Part shown: positions 1-9,949 of the stretch, piece by piece
Layout: each line of letters begins with the position of its first letter
Numbering within the stretch: position 1 is the first letter of the stretch
Assembly (NCBI GenBank): GCA_963667015.2
Contig: CAXXJJ010000004.1
Span: 3,776,001 to 3,840,000, forward strand
Origin: Desulfatiglandales bacterium
GTDB taxonomy: Bacteria; Desulfobacterota; DSM-4660; Desulfatiglandales; HGW-15
Reading direction: 5' to 3'
DNA length: 64,000 bases
Notes under the pieces: generated by a model
Told to the model about the DNA's origin: nothing
Seen by the model: the letters and a program-made list of their open reading frames with translations, nothing else
Databases searched by the model: none
Program-made: the position numbers and the translations under genes

Positions 1-197
1 GCCCCAAGACGATAATCAAGCATGCAGATATCAAAATCATTTTCTTTGAGGAGCTTTACGGCTTCATCGTAATTATTCGCCCATGTTATTATAAAAGCCC
101 TTGTATCAATCTCACTTAACAGTTCTTTCATGATGATATAATCATCCTCATCATCTTCGATTATCAGGATTTTTACGGGCTTCATCTGACTTTTCAT
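1..197 (-). CDS. Response-regulator receiver domain protein (5' part; runs off the window)
   Basis: Manual translation MKSQMKPVKILIIEDDEDDYIIMKELL...DFDICMLDYRLG, a typical REC N-terminus with the phospho-Asp. Not in the ORF track because it is truncated. Confidence 0.85.
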   Translation of the reverse strand, partial: MKSQMKPVKILIIEDDEDDYIIMKELLSEIDTRAFIITWANNYDEAVKLLKENDFDICMLDYRLG

Positions 198-768
198 CTT
201 TCGGTTATTTCATGACTTGATTGTATTTTCACCTGTTAGGAATTTTACGCCCTTATTACAGGGAGTAAAATGGGGTCAATCATGTAAAAGAACAGATAAC
301 TGCCAGAGGTAATATTTTTCAGGATTGATGGAAGAGTAATTATCAAAACACAGATATCGGGTTTACCAATTCTCCATCCTATATTTATCGGAACATTTAG
401 TTTGACAAGCAGAAAGGTTCTTATGATACCATCAGCCTCCTTGAAAGCATCTTGCAGGGATAACCAGGCACTGGTTAAGACGCAGGATAAAAAACTTCCA
501 GTGCGTGTAATGGAATGGGCTCACATACATCTGCATCTGAGCGGAAACTACAGGGGCGAATAATTGATCTGAACGGAATTGCTGCTGCTAAGCGCCTGTG
601 AGCTCATTCCCTTCAGCAAAGTAATACCCCGCTGCTCGCGGCGGGATATAAAAGGAGTAGCTTTGCTTACTCCCCTCCCGAACCCTCCCCCTTACAGCTC
701 TTACAGGGGGAGGGTATATACGGAAATCCTGTCGCCCTGAATGAGCCTGTTTGATCGATAAAAACCGT

Positions 769-1236
769 TTAATTTTTTAACTTTGGCAGCAGCCTTCCAA
801 CCCTTTCTTTATAATTCAGATATTCAGTCCCAAAATTCTCTTCAAGATCCTTTTCTTCTTTAGAGATAAGGAGATTAAAAATAAGCAAAGTAAATAAGAC
901 AGTAAGTAACGTTATTGCCTTATCGGTTAATAGACAGATTCCAGGCATGATAAAAAATATATGTGCGGCATACATAGGGTTTCTTATCCGGGAGAACAAT
1001 CCTCCGGTAACCAGCCGATTTTTTTCCAGGGCTCTTTTAATTTCCATGTTTGCGGCAGCCAGCATGACTATTCCGATACAGATCAAGAGTAGAGATACCG
1101 AGGTTATATACAACCCGGGAATATTTATTATTTCCCTGATACTTATCTTTAGAGGTATCCAGGACAAAACAAAAAGAATGGAATAAGCCGGGAACATAAT
1201 TTTGGGGCCAACACCCCAGATAGTCCTTTTTTTCAT
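769..1236 (-). CDS. Isoprenylcysteine carboxylmethyltransferase-family membrane protein
   Basis: Hydrophobic helices plus LVTGGLFSRIRNPMY and EEKDL..FGTEYLNYKERV motifs. Confidence 0.85.
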   Translation of the reverse strand: MKKRTIWGVGPKIMFPAYSILFVLSWIPLKISIREIINIPGLYITSVSLLLICIGIVMLAAANMEIKRALEKNRLVTGGLFSRIRNPMYAAHIFFIMPGICLLTDKAITLLTVLFTLLIFNLLISKEEKDLEENFGTEYLNYKERVGRLLPKLKN

Positions 1237-1349
1237 GATTTTACCTTTTATTTTTTTACTTTCTCTGGATTACCTTATATGAATCGGGCGATTAGCTTCA
1301 ATCGCTCCATGCCTCTGGAGGGAAAAGGTAGCCTTGTTGAAGAACCCGA

Positions 1350-1874
1350 TTATTTGAAGTTGTTATTGTCAAACACAAGTTCCATTGGAATAAACTGAAT
1401 ACCATTAACTGTTTTTACAGTCCTCTCTCCCTTAAAACCAATGGAATAATATGCGTCATAGGCATTTGGAGATGAATTGACTGTAATGCTTTTAAGCTGT
1501 GAATTTCTTTCCAGACAAACCGCAATAGCACGCCGGATAAGCTCCCTTGCTATACCCTGACGCTGGTAAGCTTTATCCACAAAAAGTAATGCGATATGGC
1601 TGTTGTCCCGCATCTCAATTATAGCGACTGTTTTCTTTCCGTCCTTTGCCAATATGAATATGTTCCCGGCTTTAAGGCGATTCTTCATTCCCTCTGCATT
1701 AACAAATTTCTTAAACTCATTAACTCCTTCATCCGGATACTGCGGAGCAATAAATTCGTTAAACACATCCAAAACCAGATTAACAACTATGTCCTGTTCG
1801 CCCGCCTCCATCTGGCAGTAGGATATTTGTGCATGTGGACTTGATATTCTCAATTTATTTATCATCTTTTTCAT
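1350..1874 (-). CDS. GNAT-family N-acetyltransferase
   Basis: HIALLFVDKAYQRQGIARELI acetyl-CoA motif and ITVNSSPNAYDAYYSIGF. Start uncertain: an in-frame GNAT remnant lies upstream. Confidence 0.85.
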   Translation of the reverse strand: MKKMINKLRISSPHAQISYCQMEAGEQDIVVNLVLDVFNEFIAPQYPDEGVNEFKKFVNAEGMKNRLKAGNIFILAKDGKKTVAIIEMRDNSHIALLFVDKAYQRQGIARELIRRAIAVCLERNSQLKSITVNSSPNAYDAYYSIGFKGERTVKTVNGIQFIPMELVFDNNNFK

Positions 1875-2441
1875 ACACAGACTGTTGTTATTACCGATAT
1901 ACTGCCCGTAATTTTCAATTATTTCATAGCCCTGCTTTTTATATAAATCAATTGCTTCCGGCTGCCCCTTACCTGCCCATCCTTATATTGTGTGAGCAGT
2001 AATGAAACCTCACTGCTGATATGAAACAGGATATGATTTCTTTTTTACCTGATCAGGGATATTATCTCACCAGCAAATCTGGATCAATGATGAATTATTA
2101 TATCCGGTTAATTCATAAATAACGCCAACGTTGATCTTCTTTACGGTCTTATGCTTTAAAATATTTATTATGATTGCAATTTAGACTTTCTATGCTTTAT
2201 AGTACGTAAATACATTAGATAAACCTTCATTTTATAGATGCTTATTAGGTCCGCTGCCTAACAGATGGATTATATATGCAATATTTAATTTATCAATTCT
2301 TCCAGGTTTCCATATACGACTGTGTCGACTTATATATTCCCGGACACATACATTACTCTTACAAAAAAGGAATCAACCCGCCATGTGCGGCGAGTTTGTA
2401 TAGAAGTAATATTAACCTGTTATCTATTAAGGAGTTAACTG

Positions 2442-3221
2442 ATGTCAGAAAACGAAAAACCTGATAAAAAACAAACTTCAGAAAAGAAAATTAACCGGCG
2501 GCAGTTTCTGGTGGGCGGAGGCGCTGCTCTGGCTGCAGGAGCTATTGCAGCAACCACCGGTGTAAAATCCACAGAGGCTCAGGAGGTAACCTATCCCGAG
2601 TCAAAGGGTTACCTGGTTTACGACAGTAAAAAATGTATCGGATGTACAACATGCATGCTGGCATGTTCACTGACACATTACGGCGTCCAGAACCTCTCCC
2701 TTTCACGCATCCAGATAATCCAGGATTCATTTGGCAAGTTTCCCGATGACATCCAGATTGCGCCCTGCAGGCAGTGTGTAACACCTCCCTGTGTTATCAA
2801 CTGCCCGGTTGGAGCGGCCTACATTGACACGGAAAACGGCAATGTCCGAAGGATAAACCAGGAAGAGTGTATCGGCTGCAAGACCTGCCTTGCAATGTGT
2901 CCTCAACAGCCTCATCGCCCGGTGTGGAACCATCTGGATGATGTATCCTCAAAGTGTGATCTTTGTATTGATACCCCCTACTGGGATGAAAAGGGCGGAC
3001 CGAACGGCAAACAGGCATGTGTAAGCGCATGCCCGATGCAGGCCATCAGGCTCGTTCACGAAACCCCGGATCAGAAAGAGACCGAAGGATATAATGTTAA
3101 TCTGCGTAACGATAACTATCTGAACCTTGGGCTTGTTGATGACAGCAGGATAGTTCCACCCATAATGAAGAATGCCAAGCCGAAGGTTTTCGGAGAACCG
3201 ACACCGCAGGCAAAGGAATAG
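2442..3221 (+). CDS. Tat-exported 4Fe-4S dicluster (DmsB/NrfC-like) subunit
   Basis: NRRQFL twin-arginine signal; four Cys clusters (CIGCTTC, CRQC..PPC..NCP, CIGCKTC..MCP, CDLC...CVSACP); GGAG RBS. Confidence 0.9.
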   Translation: MSENEKPDKKQTSEKKINRRQFLVGGGAALAAGAIAATTGVKSTEAQEVTYPESKGYLVYDSKKCIGCTTCMLACSLTHYGVQNLSLSRIQIIQDSFGKFPDDIQIAPCRQCVTPPCVINCPVGAAYIDTENGNVRRINQEECIGCKTCLAMCPQQPHRPVWNHLDDVSSKCDLCIDTPYWDEKGGPNGKQACVSACPMQAIRLVHETPDQKETEGYNVNLRNDNYLNLGLVDDSRIVPPIMKNAKPKVFGEPTPQAKE

Positions 3222-3231
3222 GAGGTCTGAT

Positions 3232-5274
3232 ATGAAAGGCGGATATACAGGAAAAATAGCAAGGGTAAATCTGACTGATAAATCTGTCAGCACCATTTCA
3301 ACGGAAAAATATGTAGAATTTGGCGGCGGACACGGAATTGGTTCGGCAATCTTCTTCGACCTTGTAGGTGACCAGCTCCCCTTTGAGGCATTTGATCCCA
3401 GAAACCTGATCATAATGATGGCGTCACCATTTTCAGGGACCTTCACACCCGGTTCAGGAAGGTGTGAAGTACAGGGTCTTGGGCCAATGCTTTATCCCAT
3501 TGAATGGTTCGGACACAGCAACTTTGGAGGACGTTTCACATCACAGCTTAAATTCGCGGGATGGGACGGGATAGTTGTTGAGGGCGCTGCAAGCGACCCT
3601 GTGTGGATAAACATAGCGGATGATAAAATCGTTATTGAAGACGGAAAAGACATATGGGGAATGGACACATGGGATACCCAGGAGGAAATCGCCAGGCGGG
3701 TAATGCCCAGTCTTAAACATGGTGAATGGGCCGAGGTTGATGATGATAATTTCACCACCCAGGTGCCTGCCGTAGTTTGCTGCGGTGTTGCAGGTGAAAA
3801 CAAGAGCAGGTTGGGATGCCTGCTGCACGGTCCAGGGTCACAGGCCGCTTTATGCGGTTTTGGCGGTGTGTTCGGATCTAAAAATCTGAAGGCCATAAGC
3901 GCTATCGGTACAGGTAGCGTTCCCATTGCAGACCCCAACGAATTCATGAAGACCCGTTTGTGGTACAACCGGTTCCAGTGGAACGTTGACAACCCGCGGG
4001 AAGGAACAAGGTTTTTGTCCGGTATGTACCGAGTTAGCGCTGGAGCTCCGAGCGGTGCAAATACCACCAACGGGGCAGTGCCCCTTGTTCCTGCACGTGC
4101 TGCCGCATGCGCCTCATGCCCCAGGGGCTGCCGTATGAGGACCGCAAGTTCAGACAGTAACGAATCGGTCTGCGCCGGAACTCTGGCCTTCAACATTCCC
4201 GGAAGCAGAAAGGCAACGCGCAAGACCAACGACCTGATGCAGAAATTAGGACTGGGCCACTGGCAGCTCATCCCTACAATGAACTACCTCAGAAGCCTTG
4301 GAACCAGAGGCTTTGCAGGAAAGGGCAAAAAGGTTGACTGCGACCTGCCTCTTGATGCCTGGAGCGATTCCGGATTCAGTGAAATGCTCATGAGATCCAT
4401 AGCAGAACGCAAGGGAATCGGAAATGACATGGCTGAAGGAGCCGCCAGGTTTGCTGAAAAATATGGGATGCTTCAGGAAGATCTTCATAAAGGCATACTC
4501 CGCCTCACCTACTGGGGCACAGCCGACCACTATGATGCCACAACAGAGGCGGAATGGGGTTTCGGATCTCTCCTTGGAGAACGCGATCTTATGCTTCATA
4601 TGATGGCAAATTATCCGCTCCACTGGATGGCCTGGACAGGCGACCCCTTCCTCACAGCAGAAGAGGCTGCAAAACTTTATACAGACGCAATGGTCCCCTA
4701 CAATGGTGATGAATTCATGGTGGACTACAGCGACGGGCCGACGGGGATTTATTCTGATCACAAGGTCAAACAGGTTGCATGGGTAAAGCACTATGAAAAA
4801 TTCTGGATAGGCTGTGGAGGTTTCTGCGGCTGGAGATGGCCCATGTGTATTACATGTACTACAGAAGACAGAAGAGGTCCCACACCCCAGGCAGAAGAGA
4901 GATTCTGGAAAGCAGTTACCGGGCAGGACCTGAGTTTTGCGGATGCCATGGAGGTTGGACATAAGATTTACACCCTGGACAGGGCCATATGGGTACTTCA
5001 GGGAAGACACAGGGACATGGAGGTATTTCCCGATTATATCTATGACCAGCCCACCAGGGGAAGTGAACTGCCCATGTACATTAATGGCAAATGGACCTAT
5101 GACAACGGCGCCGGACGAAAACTGGATAGAAAGAAGGTAGAGGATTTTAAGACAAAATTCTATAAATTTGAAGGTTATAACCCGGACAACGGATACCCCA
5201 CACGTAAGACACTGGAAAAAATGGGTCTTAAAAAGGTTGCTGATCTTCTAAAGAAGAGAGGCAAACTGGGTTAG
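3232..5274 (+). CDS. Aldehyde:ferredoxin oxidoreductase (AOR/WOR family) catalytic subunit
   Basis: MKGGYTGKIARVNLT, LKFAGWDGIVVEG, GGVFGSKNLKAI, CASCPRGC, GYPTRKTLEKMGL. ATG at 3232 follows GGAGG. Confidence 0.9.
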   Translation: MKGGYTGKIARVNLTDKSVSTISTEKYVEFGGGHGIGSAIFFDLVGDQLPFEAFDPRNLIIMMASPFSGTFTPGSGRCEVQGLGPMLYPIEWFGHSNFGGRFTSQLKFAGWDGIVVEGAASDPVWINIADDKIVIEDGKDIWGMDTWDTQEEIARRVMPSLKHGEWAEVDDDNFTTQVPAVVCCGVAGENKSRLGCLLHGPGSQAALCGFGGVFGSKNLKAISAIGTGSVPIADPNEFMKTRLWYNRFQWNVDNPREGTRFLSGMYRVSAGAPSGANTTNGAVPLVPARAAACASCPRGCRMRTASSDSNESVCAGTLAFNIPGSRKATRKTNDLMQKLGLGHWQLIPTMNYLRSLGTRGFAGKGKKVDCDLPLDAWSDSGFSEMLMRSIAERKGIGNDMAEGAARFAEKYGMLQEDLHKGILRLTYWGTADHYDATTEAEWGFGSLLGERDLMLHMMANYPLHWMAWTGDPFLTAEEAAKLYTDAMVPYNGDEFMVDYSDGPTGIYSDHKVKQVAWVKHYEKFWIGCGGFCGWRWPMCITCTTEDRRGPTPQAEERFWKAVTGQDLSFADAMEVGHKIYTLDRAIWVLQGRHRDMEVFPDYIYDQPTRGSELPMYINGKWTYDNGAGRKLDRKKVEDFKTKFYKFEGYNPDNGYPTRKTLEKMGLKKVADLLKKRGKLG

Positions 5275-5297
5275 TACACGCTCATTAATAAAAACTT

Positions 5298-5335
5298 AAA
5301 AGACACCGGAAAAATACTTTTTCCGGTGTCTTTTT
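5298..5335. terminator. Bidirectional intrinsic terminator
   Basis: AAAAGACACCGGAAAAA...TTTTTCCGGTGTCTTTTT between convergent genes. Confidence 0.85.
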
Positions 5336-5349
5336 ATTTTCATTAATGA

Positions 5350-6483
5350 CTACACCCCTTCAAAACTGCAGACAGGATTTGCATATATGGTCAGAACCAG
5401 GTTTCTAACCTCGGGTTTAAGGTTATTATAGGCCGACAGAAATTTGTTTTTTTCTGATTCGGTATAATTGGCAGAATATTTTACTGTTTTAAAGACCTGG
5501 TCATAGGCAATATAATTGCGCGGCCATAATTTATATAAGGAATGAATGGACCGGTCTATTGCAATGGCCAGGTCTTTTTTGTCCTCATAATTTCCTGTAA
5601 GGGGTTCTCCAAAACTGAGATGGATTCTGCCCTTATCTCCCGATATACCTGCTACCATGCTGACTAAATCTTCGTTTTTCTTTTTCCTGTGCACACCGTT
5701 TTTATTTTTTCTATATAACTCCCACCCTTTGAGGCGGTCACAGGGATCTATTTCATAGGATATAGCTACAGGAACAATATTGCATGACCTGGCAAATTCG
5801 GAAAAGCTGCTTTGTTTTTTACGCTCAGAAAGATAGAACATATTAATAATGGCAGGGTTTGTCTGATCTATTCCATCCTTTGCCCGGCCTTCTCTCTGTG
5901 AAATCCAGAAGTTGCTGCCCTCATTCTTTAGCTTGTTTAGATACTCGGACAGGTGTATTGATGCCTCTATCTGTTCTCTCCTCGCAAGACCTCTCTTTAC
6001 AATAACTGCATTGTTAACACGGATAAGATCGGAAACAGCATCATTTATGAGCAGGTTATCACCAAAGGCAATGTATGGAATACTGAATCCGTTTAAATAC
6101 AATACATAATTCATAAGCGCAGGATCCATAACAATGTCCCGGTGGTTGGACATAAAAATATAGGATTTATCTTTACTTAATTTCTCAAGACCCGAGAAAG
6201 TCACACCGTCCGACGTATTTTCTATAACCCATTTTAGAATATTATCAGCAACTATCTTTGATTGAAACTCCGCAATAGTCTTAATCCCTGACAGTTTTCT
6301 TCTTAAAAAAAACCGAATCAATATGTCTGCAAGACCTTTTAAGAAATCAGGACAGGACGGCCATTTCATAATACGAATATTTGAAATCAGCAGTTGATTT
6401 TCTGCCAAACGTTTCATTACAGCCGGTACTTCCTTATCGTTGTATGGCCTGATATCATCAAATTTGGCAGTAATATCTTTCAT
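5350..6483 (-). CDS. Glycerophospholipid acyltransferase (PlsC superfamily, long form)
   Basis: SNHRDIVMD (HxxxxD) and WISQREGRAKDG motifs. Confidence 0.85.
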   Translation of the reverse strand: MKDITAKFDDIRPYNDKEVPAVMKRLAENQLLISNIRIMKWPSCPDFLKGLADILIRFFLRRKLSGIKTIAEFQSKIVADNILKWVIENTSDGVTFSGLEKLSKDKSYIFMSNHRDIVMDPALMNYVLYLNGFSIPYIAFGDNLLINDAVSDLIRVNNAVIVKRGLARREQIEASIHLSEYLNKLKNEGSNFWISQREGRAKDGIDQTNPAIINMFYLSERKKQSSFSEFARSCNIVPVAISYEIDPCDRLKGWELYRKNKNGVHRKKKNEDLVSMVAGISGDKGRIHLSFGEPLTGNYEDKKDLAIAIDRSIHSLYKLWPRNYIAYDQVFKTVKYSANYTESEKNKFLSAYNNLKPEVRNLVLTIYANPVCSFEGV

Positions 6484-6491
6484 TATTTTAC

Positions 6492-7052
6492 CTAAAACAA
6501 CATCCCTTTTTTATTTTCTCTTATTACAGTAATAATCTTATCCAGTCTTTTTTTCCTGGTTTCATCAGTTTTTGCCTCAAAGTAAAAACCTGCATACTGC
6601 TTTTTAAGTGACATGGATTTGTTTTCATAATTTTCTAAAAGAGTTGAATCCCCCCTGATAATATCCCTGAAATCTGAAATCAGTTTATCAAAATCCGGTT
6701 TATTAACACTTTTGTTCCACTGGCCGTTTTCAACAGCCTTTTTTATTTCACGCTCACCATATTCGGTCATCAGACTTTCTTTTCTTAACTTTTCTACTGT
6801 CTTTTTATTTTTTTCCGACCATTTACTGTTTTTTGTTCTTGGCGCAAAGTATTTTATATAGCTGCGGTCTCCTTCGGATTTCATCTGCCCGTCAATCCAG
6901 CCAAAACAGAGTGATTCATTTAAGGCTTCATCTGCAGTAATTGAAGCTTTGCTGATATCTTTTATAAATCTGATCCAAACCCCCTTTGAGGTCTCCACAT
7001 TCTTATGTAACCAGTTACGAAATTCTGCTCTGTTTGAGAATTCCAGTTCCAA
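6492..7052 (-). CDS. YdeI/OmpD-associated family protein
   Basis: EALNESLCFGWIDG, PRTKNSKWSEKNK, AKTDETRKKRL. Probable TTG start at 7052 after an AAGGA RBS. Confidence 0.8.
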   Translation of the reverse strand: MELEFSNRAEFRNWLHKNVETSKGVWIRFIKDISKASITADEALNESLCFGWIDGQMKSEGDRSYIKYFAPRTKNSKWSEKNKKTVEKLRKESLMTEYGEREIKKAVENGQWNKSVNKPDFDKLISDFRDIIRGDSTLLENYENKSMSLKKQYAGFYFEAKTDETRKKRLDKIITVIRENKKGMLF

Positions 7053-7151
7053 TTTATATTTTCTTTCCTTATTTGAACTATTCAAGTTATCTCGGAGGCA
7101 GGTCATCCGGGATAGCATCACCTGCTTTATACACAATATCTCAGAATATCC

Positions 7152-7328
7152 TTACCTGTTTTTCAGATTATATTGTTTGGTCAATTCCTGTTTCTTCTCC
7201 TCCGGAAGCCCCTTAAAGTAACTCTTCCAGCCCGGACAAAAACCCGTATGCCACCGCCACAACCTGCCTAAAAAGGACTTTGGATTTTTATCGTACTTTG
7301 CTCTAAAGCTGCAATCTTCACAGGACAT
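7152..7328 (-). CDS. Small Cys/Trp-rich hypothetical protein (58 aa)
   Basis: GGAGG RBS; MSCEDCSFRAKYDKNPKSFLGRLWRWHTGFCPGWKSYFKGLPEEKKQELTKQYNLKNR. Below the ORF-track cutoff and fills an operon gap. Confidence 0.75.
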   Translation of the reverse strand: MSCEDCSFRAKYDKNPKSFLGRLWRWHTGFCPGWKSYFKGLPEEKKQELTKQYNLKNR

Positions 7329-7389
7329 AATTAATTCCTCCTATCCAATAGATTTATCTCAGAACCGGGACATCTATTAATTGTATGGT

Positions 7390-7866
7390 TTATAATTTTA
7401 ATTCCATAAAGCACACTGTAAATGGAAGATGGGGAAAGCTCTTTGTTCCCGTCTCAACAAACCCAAGATTCCGGTACCATTCTTTGAGCTCCGTCTGCTC
7501 ATCAATAATGCCTATGCTCATTTTGGGGATGCCCTCTGACTCTGCACACTTTATGACATGCCGGGTAAGCTCTATGCCAAAATGGTTACCCCTCATTTCC
7601 GGTAAAACAGCAAGGCGCTCAAGGTAGCAAATATCAGAGCTCGGGATTTCAAGCCCGGTAGAGGCTGCCGGGGTATTATCCTGATATAGAATAAAATACC
7701 TAACTCCACGTTTAAAATCCGCTTCAACCCATGAAACTGTATAGTTTGACGGATGTTTGGGGCAGTTTTCCGGAGTTAATGAAAATCGTTCTGCAACATC
7801 CTTAAAGGATTCGCTGATAATTTCTGCCAGAATTTCTGAATCTTCTATATTTGTTTCCCTGATCAT
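7390..7866 (-). CDS. GNAT-family N-acetyltransferase
   Basis: YLERLAVLPEMRGNHFG and WYRNLGF motifs. Confidence 0.85.
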   Translation of the reverse strand: MIRETNIEDSEILAEIISESFKDVAERFSLTPENCPKHPSNYTVSWVEADFKRGVRYFILYQDNTPAASTGLEIPSSDICYLERLAVLPEMRGNHFGIELTRHVIKCAESEGIPKMSIGIIDEQTELKEWYRNLGFVETGTKSFPHLPFTVCFMELKL

Positions 7867-7894
7867 GGAGTCCTGTTAATTTATATGAAAAGCC

Positions 7895-8200
7895 TCACAC
7901 AGCTTCCTGATACTCATGGACTTCTTTTGCAATTTTTTCGGCACATTGATCTTCAGCAACATCAAGATCATAATCCATCTGAAGCCCCAACCAAAACTGT
8001 GGTGACATCTTAAAATATTTCGCAAGCCTCAAAGCAGTATCGGGAGTTATTCTTCGCTTCCCTAAAACAATTTCATTTATACGTCTTGCAGGCACACGTA
8101 TATCAAGAGCCATTTTATTTTGACTCAATCCCATTGGCTTAAGAAACTCCTCAAGCAGTATTTCTCCGGGATGTATGGGGGGTATTTTTTTAGCAGTCAT
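7895..8200 (-). CDS. higA: HigA-family addiction module antitoxin (HTH)
   Basis: [13 protein letters not shown]...[32 protein letters not shown]. Confidence 0.93.
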   Translation of the reverse strand: MTAKKIPPIHPGEILLEEFLKPMGLSQNKMALDIRVPARRINEIVLGKRRITPDTALRLAKYFKMSPQFWLGLQMDYDLDVAEDQCAEKIAKEVHEYQEAV

Positions 8201-8211
8201 AATCTACCTCC

Positions 8212-8493
8212 TTAATGGTAATCAATAATTTCCACATCAAATGCATCCTGGTCATTCCAATTAAAACAAATTCGCCATTGATCATTGATCCGGATGCTGT
8301 ATTGACCTTTACGACCTCCACGCAGCAATTCAAGTTTATTACCGGGTGGAACCTTCAAATCATTTAAGATATATGCCTTATTGAGCATTTTTAATTTTCT
8401 AAAAGCAATCTTTTGAATATCCATCGGCAATTTTTTGGAATATTCCCTGTTGAATATCTTATTTGTTTCTTTGCATTTGAATGATTTTATCAT
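8212..8493 (-). CDS. higB: HigB (RelE/ParE-family) toxin
   Basis: [10 protein letters not shown]...[30 protein letters not shown]; toxin-first gene order. Confidence 0.93.
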   Translation of the reverse strand: MIKSFKCKETNKIFNREYSKKLPMDIQKIAFRKLKMLNKAYILNDLKVPPGNKLELLRGGRKGQYSIRINDQWRICFNWNDQDAFDVEIIDYH

Positions 8494-8499
8494 TGAGAA

Positions 8500-8528
8500 A
8501 CAGTATAACGCGTAACGTTAAATGTCAA
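8500..8528 (-). promoter_or_regulatory. sigma70 promoter of higBA with palindromic operator
   Basis: TTGACA-17 nt-TACTGT on the minus strand; TAACG-N5-CGTTA inverted repeat in the spacer. Confidence 0.65.
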
Positions 8529-8554
8529 GCGGGCAGATATTCAATCGAATCCTC

Positions 8555-8584
8555 CCTGTACCGCCATAGCTTCGGCGACGACGG
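8555..8584 (-). repeat. CCGYC..CGC..AAGCTAYGGCG..ACARG intergenic repeat (other copies 13659-13689, 26122-26152, partial 27777-27800)
   Basis: Four related ~30-bp copies aligned by eye, all intergenic. Confidence 0.7.
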
Positions 8585-8596
8585 CAGCCTGCCTTT

Positions 8597-9949
8597 TTAA
8601 AACGTCATCTTAAAACTCGCTCCACCGGCTTCATTATTGGACGCCCTTATAAACCCGCCATGGTAGGCCATTATCTGCCTGGTCAGGGCCAGTCCTATTC
8701 CGCTGCCTTCCGGTCTTGTTGTAAAATATGGAACAAAAATCTTACTCAAGATATCATCTTTAATGCCCGGACCATTATCAGAGACTTCTATTGTTACCCT
8801 GCCCCGCTGGTTGAGGCTGGCTGAAAGCCTTATTTTACCTTCCGGCTTACCTTCCAGGGCCTGTTCAGCATTTTTTAACAGATTTATGAGGGCCTGCTCA
8901 ATCTGTTCGGGATCAACATTTAGTTCCAGTCCCTGAGGCGTGATTTGAATCTCCAGCTTAACCCCGCTGTTTACATTGTTTGCCCGGTCAATTTGTACTA
9001 CATGGTTAAAAAGGTCCTGAACACGGGTCGTCTTTTTTTCCGGTTTTGGCAGCCGTGTGAGCTGCCTGAAGTTTGTTACAAACTGCATAAGGTTCCCCGC
9101 CCTCCTGGACATGGTCATTGCCGCAGTACTGATCTTTTCGATTTCCCCTTTTTGCGGATGACTTTCGGGAAGCTCCTGAATTACATCTCCTGCTATATCT
9201 GCTGTGGTCTGTGCCAGGGAAGCAACCGGTGTTATGGAATTCATTATCTCGTGGGTCAGCACCCTCACCAGGTCCTGCCACGCGTTTAACTGAGTGGATT
9301 CCAGTTCCTCTCCTATGTCCTGAAGAGTGAATAACTTTTCAGTACCACTATTTCCTGTTACCTCCATCAGCCCAAGGGATAGCTGGGTATCAAGTCCGTC
9401 TATGGAAATCTTTACTACAGGCCTCTCACCCGCCCGGCAGTTAAGGAGCTGTTTATAGAAATCTTCACCAAACTGTTTTATGTCAGATAGCTTTGTTGGC
9501 TGGGGCGTTCCGAAAAAGCGCCTTGCCGCGTTGTTTAATAAAACAAGGCTTCCATCCTGTTTAACTGTCATTAACGGAACCGGAATATGATTGATAACAG
9601 CACGCAGGTGAGTGAGTTCTGTTTCCTGTTTTAAGCGCTTTTTTCTAAGATTTTCCAGGATATGGGTAAGGGCTTCACCAAGGGATTTAAATCCGGCGCC
9701 TGTATCTTCAAACTCAAAACTCTGGTTAAAGTCCGTATATTTCGCTGACGCAAGGAATCGTGCGATTTCCCGGTTTGTCCTGGAAAGGAAATACCATAAT
9801 TCATAGATAAGGCCTATTACAATTACAAAAATCAAAAACGTCACAACATGATATCGGGGATTATTAAAGGCATAAACAAATCCGGCAATACCCAGGCTGA
9901 GAGCAGCAAGTCTAAACATTATAAACAGTCCGAAATGTTTAAATGCCAT
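8597..9949 (-). CDS. Membrane sensor histidine kinase (PAS-HisKA-HATPase)
   Basis: LTHEIMNSITP H-box, NLLKNA, DNGPGI, GSGIGL. Confidence 0.92.
   Translation of the reverse strand: MAFKHFGLFIMFRLAALSLGIAGFVYAFNNPRYHVVTFLIFVIVIGLIYELWYFLSRTNREIARFLASAKYTDFNQSFEFEDTGAGFKSLGEALTHILENLRKKRLKQETELTHLRAVINHIPVPLMTVKQDGSLVLLNNAARRFFGTPQPTKLSDIKQFGEDFYKQLLNCRAGERPVVKISIDGLDTQLSLGLMEVTGNSGTEKLFTLQDIGEELESTQLNAWQDLVRVLTHEIMNSITPVASLAQTTADIAGDVIQELPESHPQKGEIEKISTAAMTMSRRAGNLMQFVTNFRQLTRLPKPEKKTTRVQDLFNHVVQIDRANNVNSGVKLEIQITPQGLELNVDPEQIEQALINLLKNAEQALEGKPEGKIRLSASLNQRGRVTIEVSDNGPGIKDDILSKIFVPYFTTRPEGSGIGLALTRQIMAYHGGFIRASNNEAGGASFKMTF

Noticed and set aside
423..563. Short ORF with faint DUF4160-like words (KLPVRVMEWAHIH)
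   Set aside because: Too short and degenerate to support; at most a remnant.
3492..5010. Long antisense ORFs (3492..4271, 4246..5010; likewise 47045..47692, 58728..59399)
   Set aside because: They shadow well-supported genes on the opposite strand and have no recognisable motifs.
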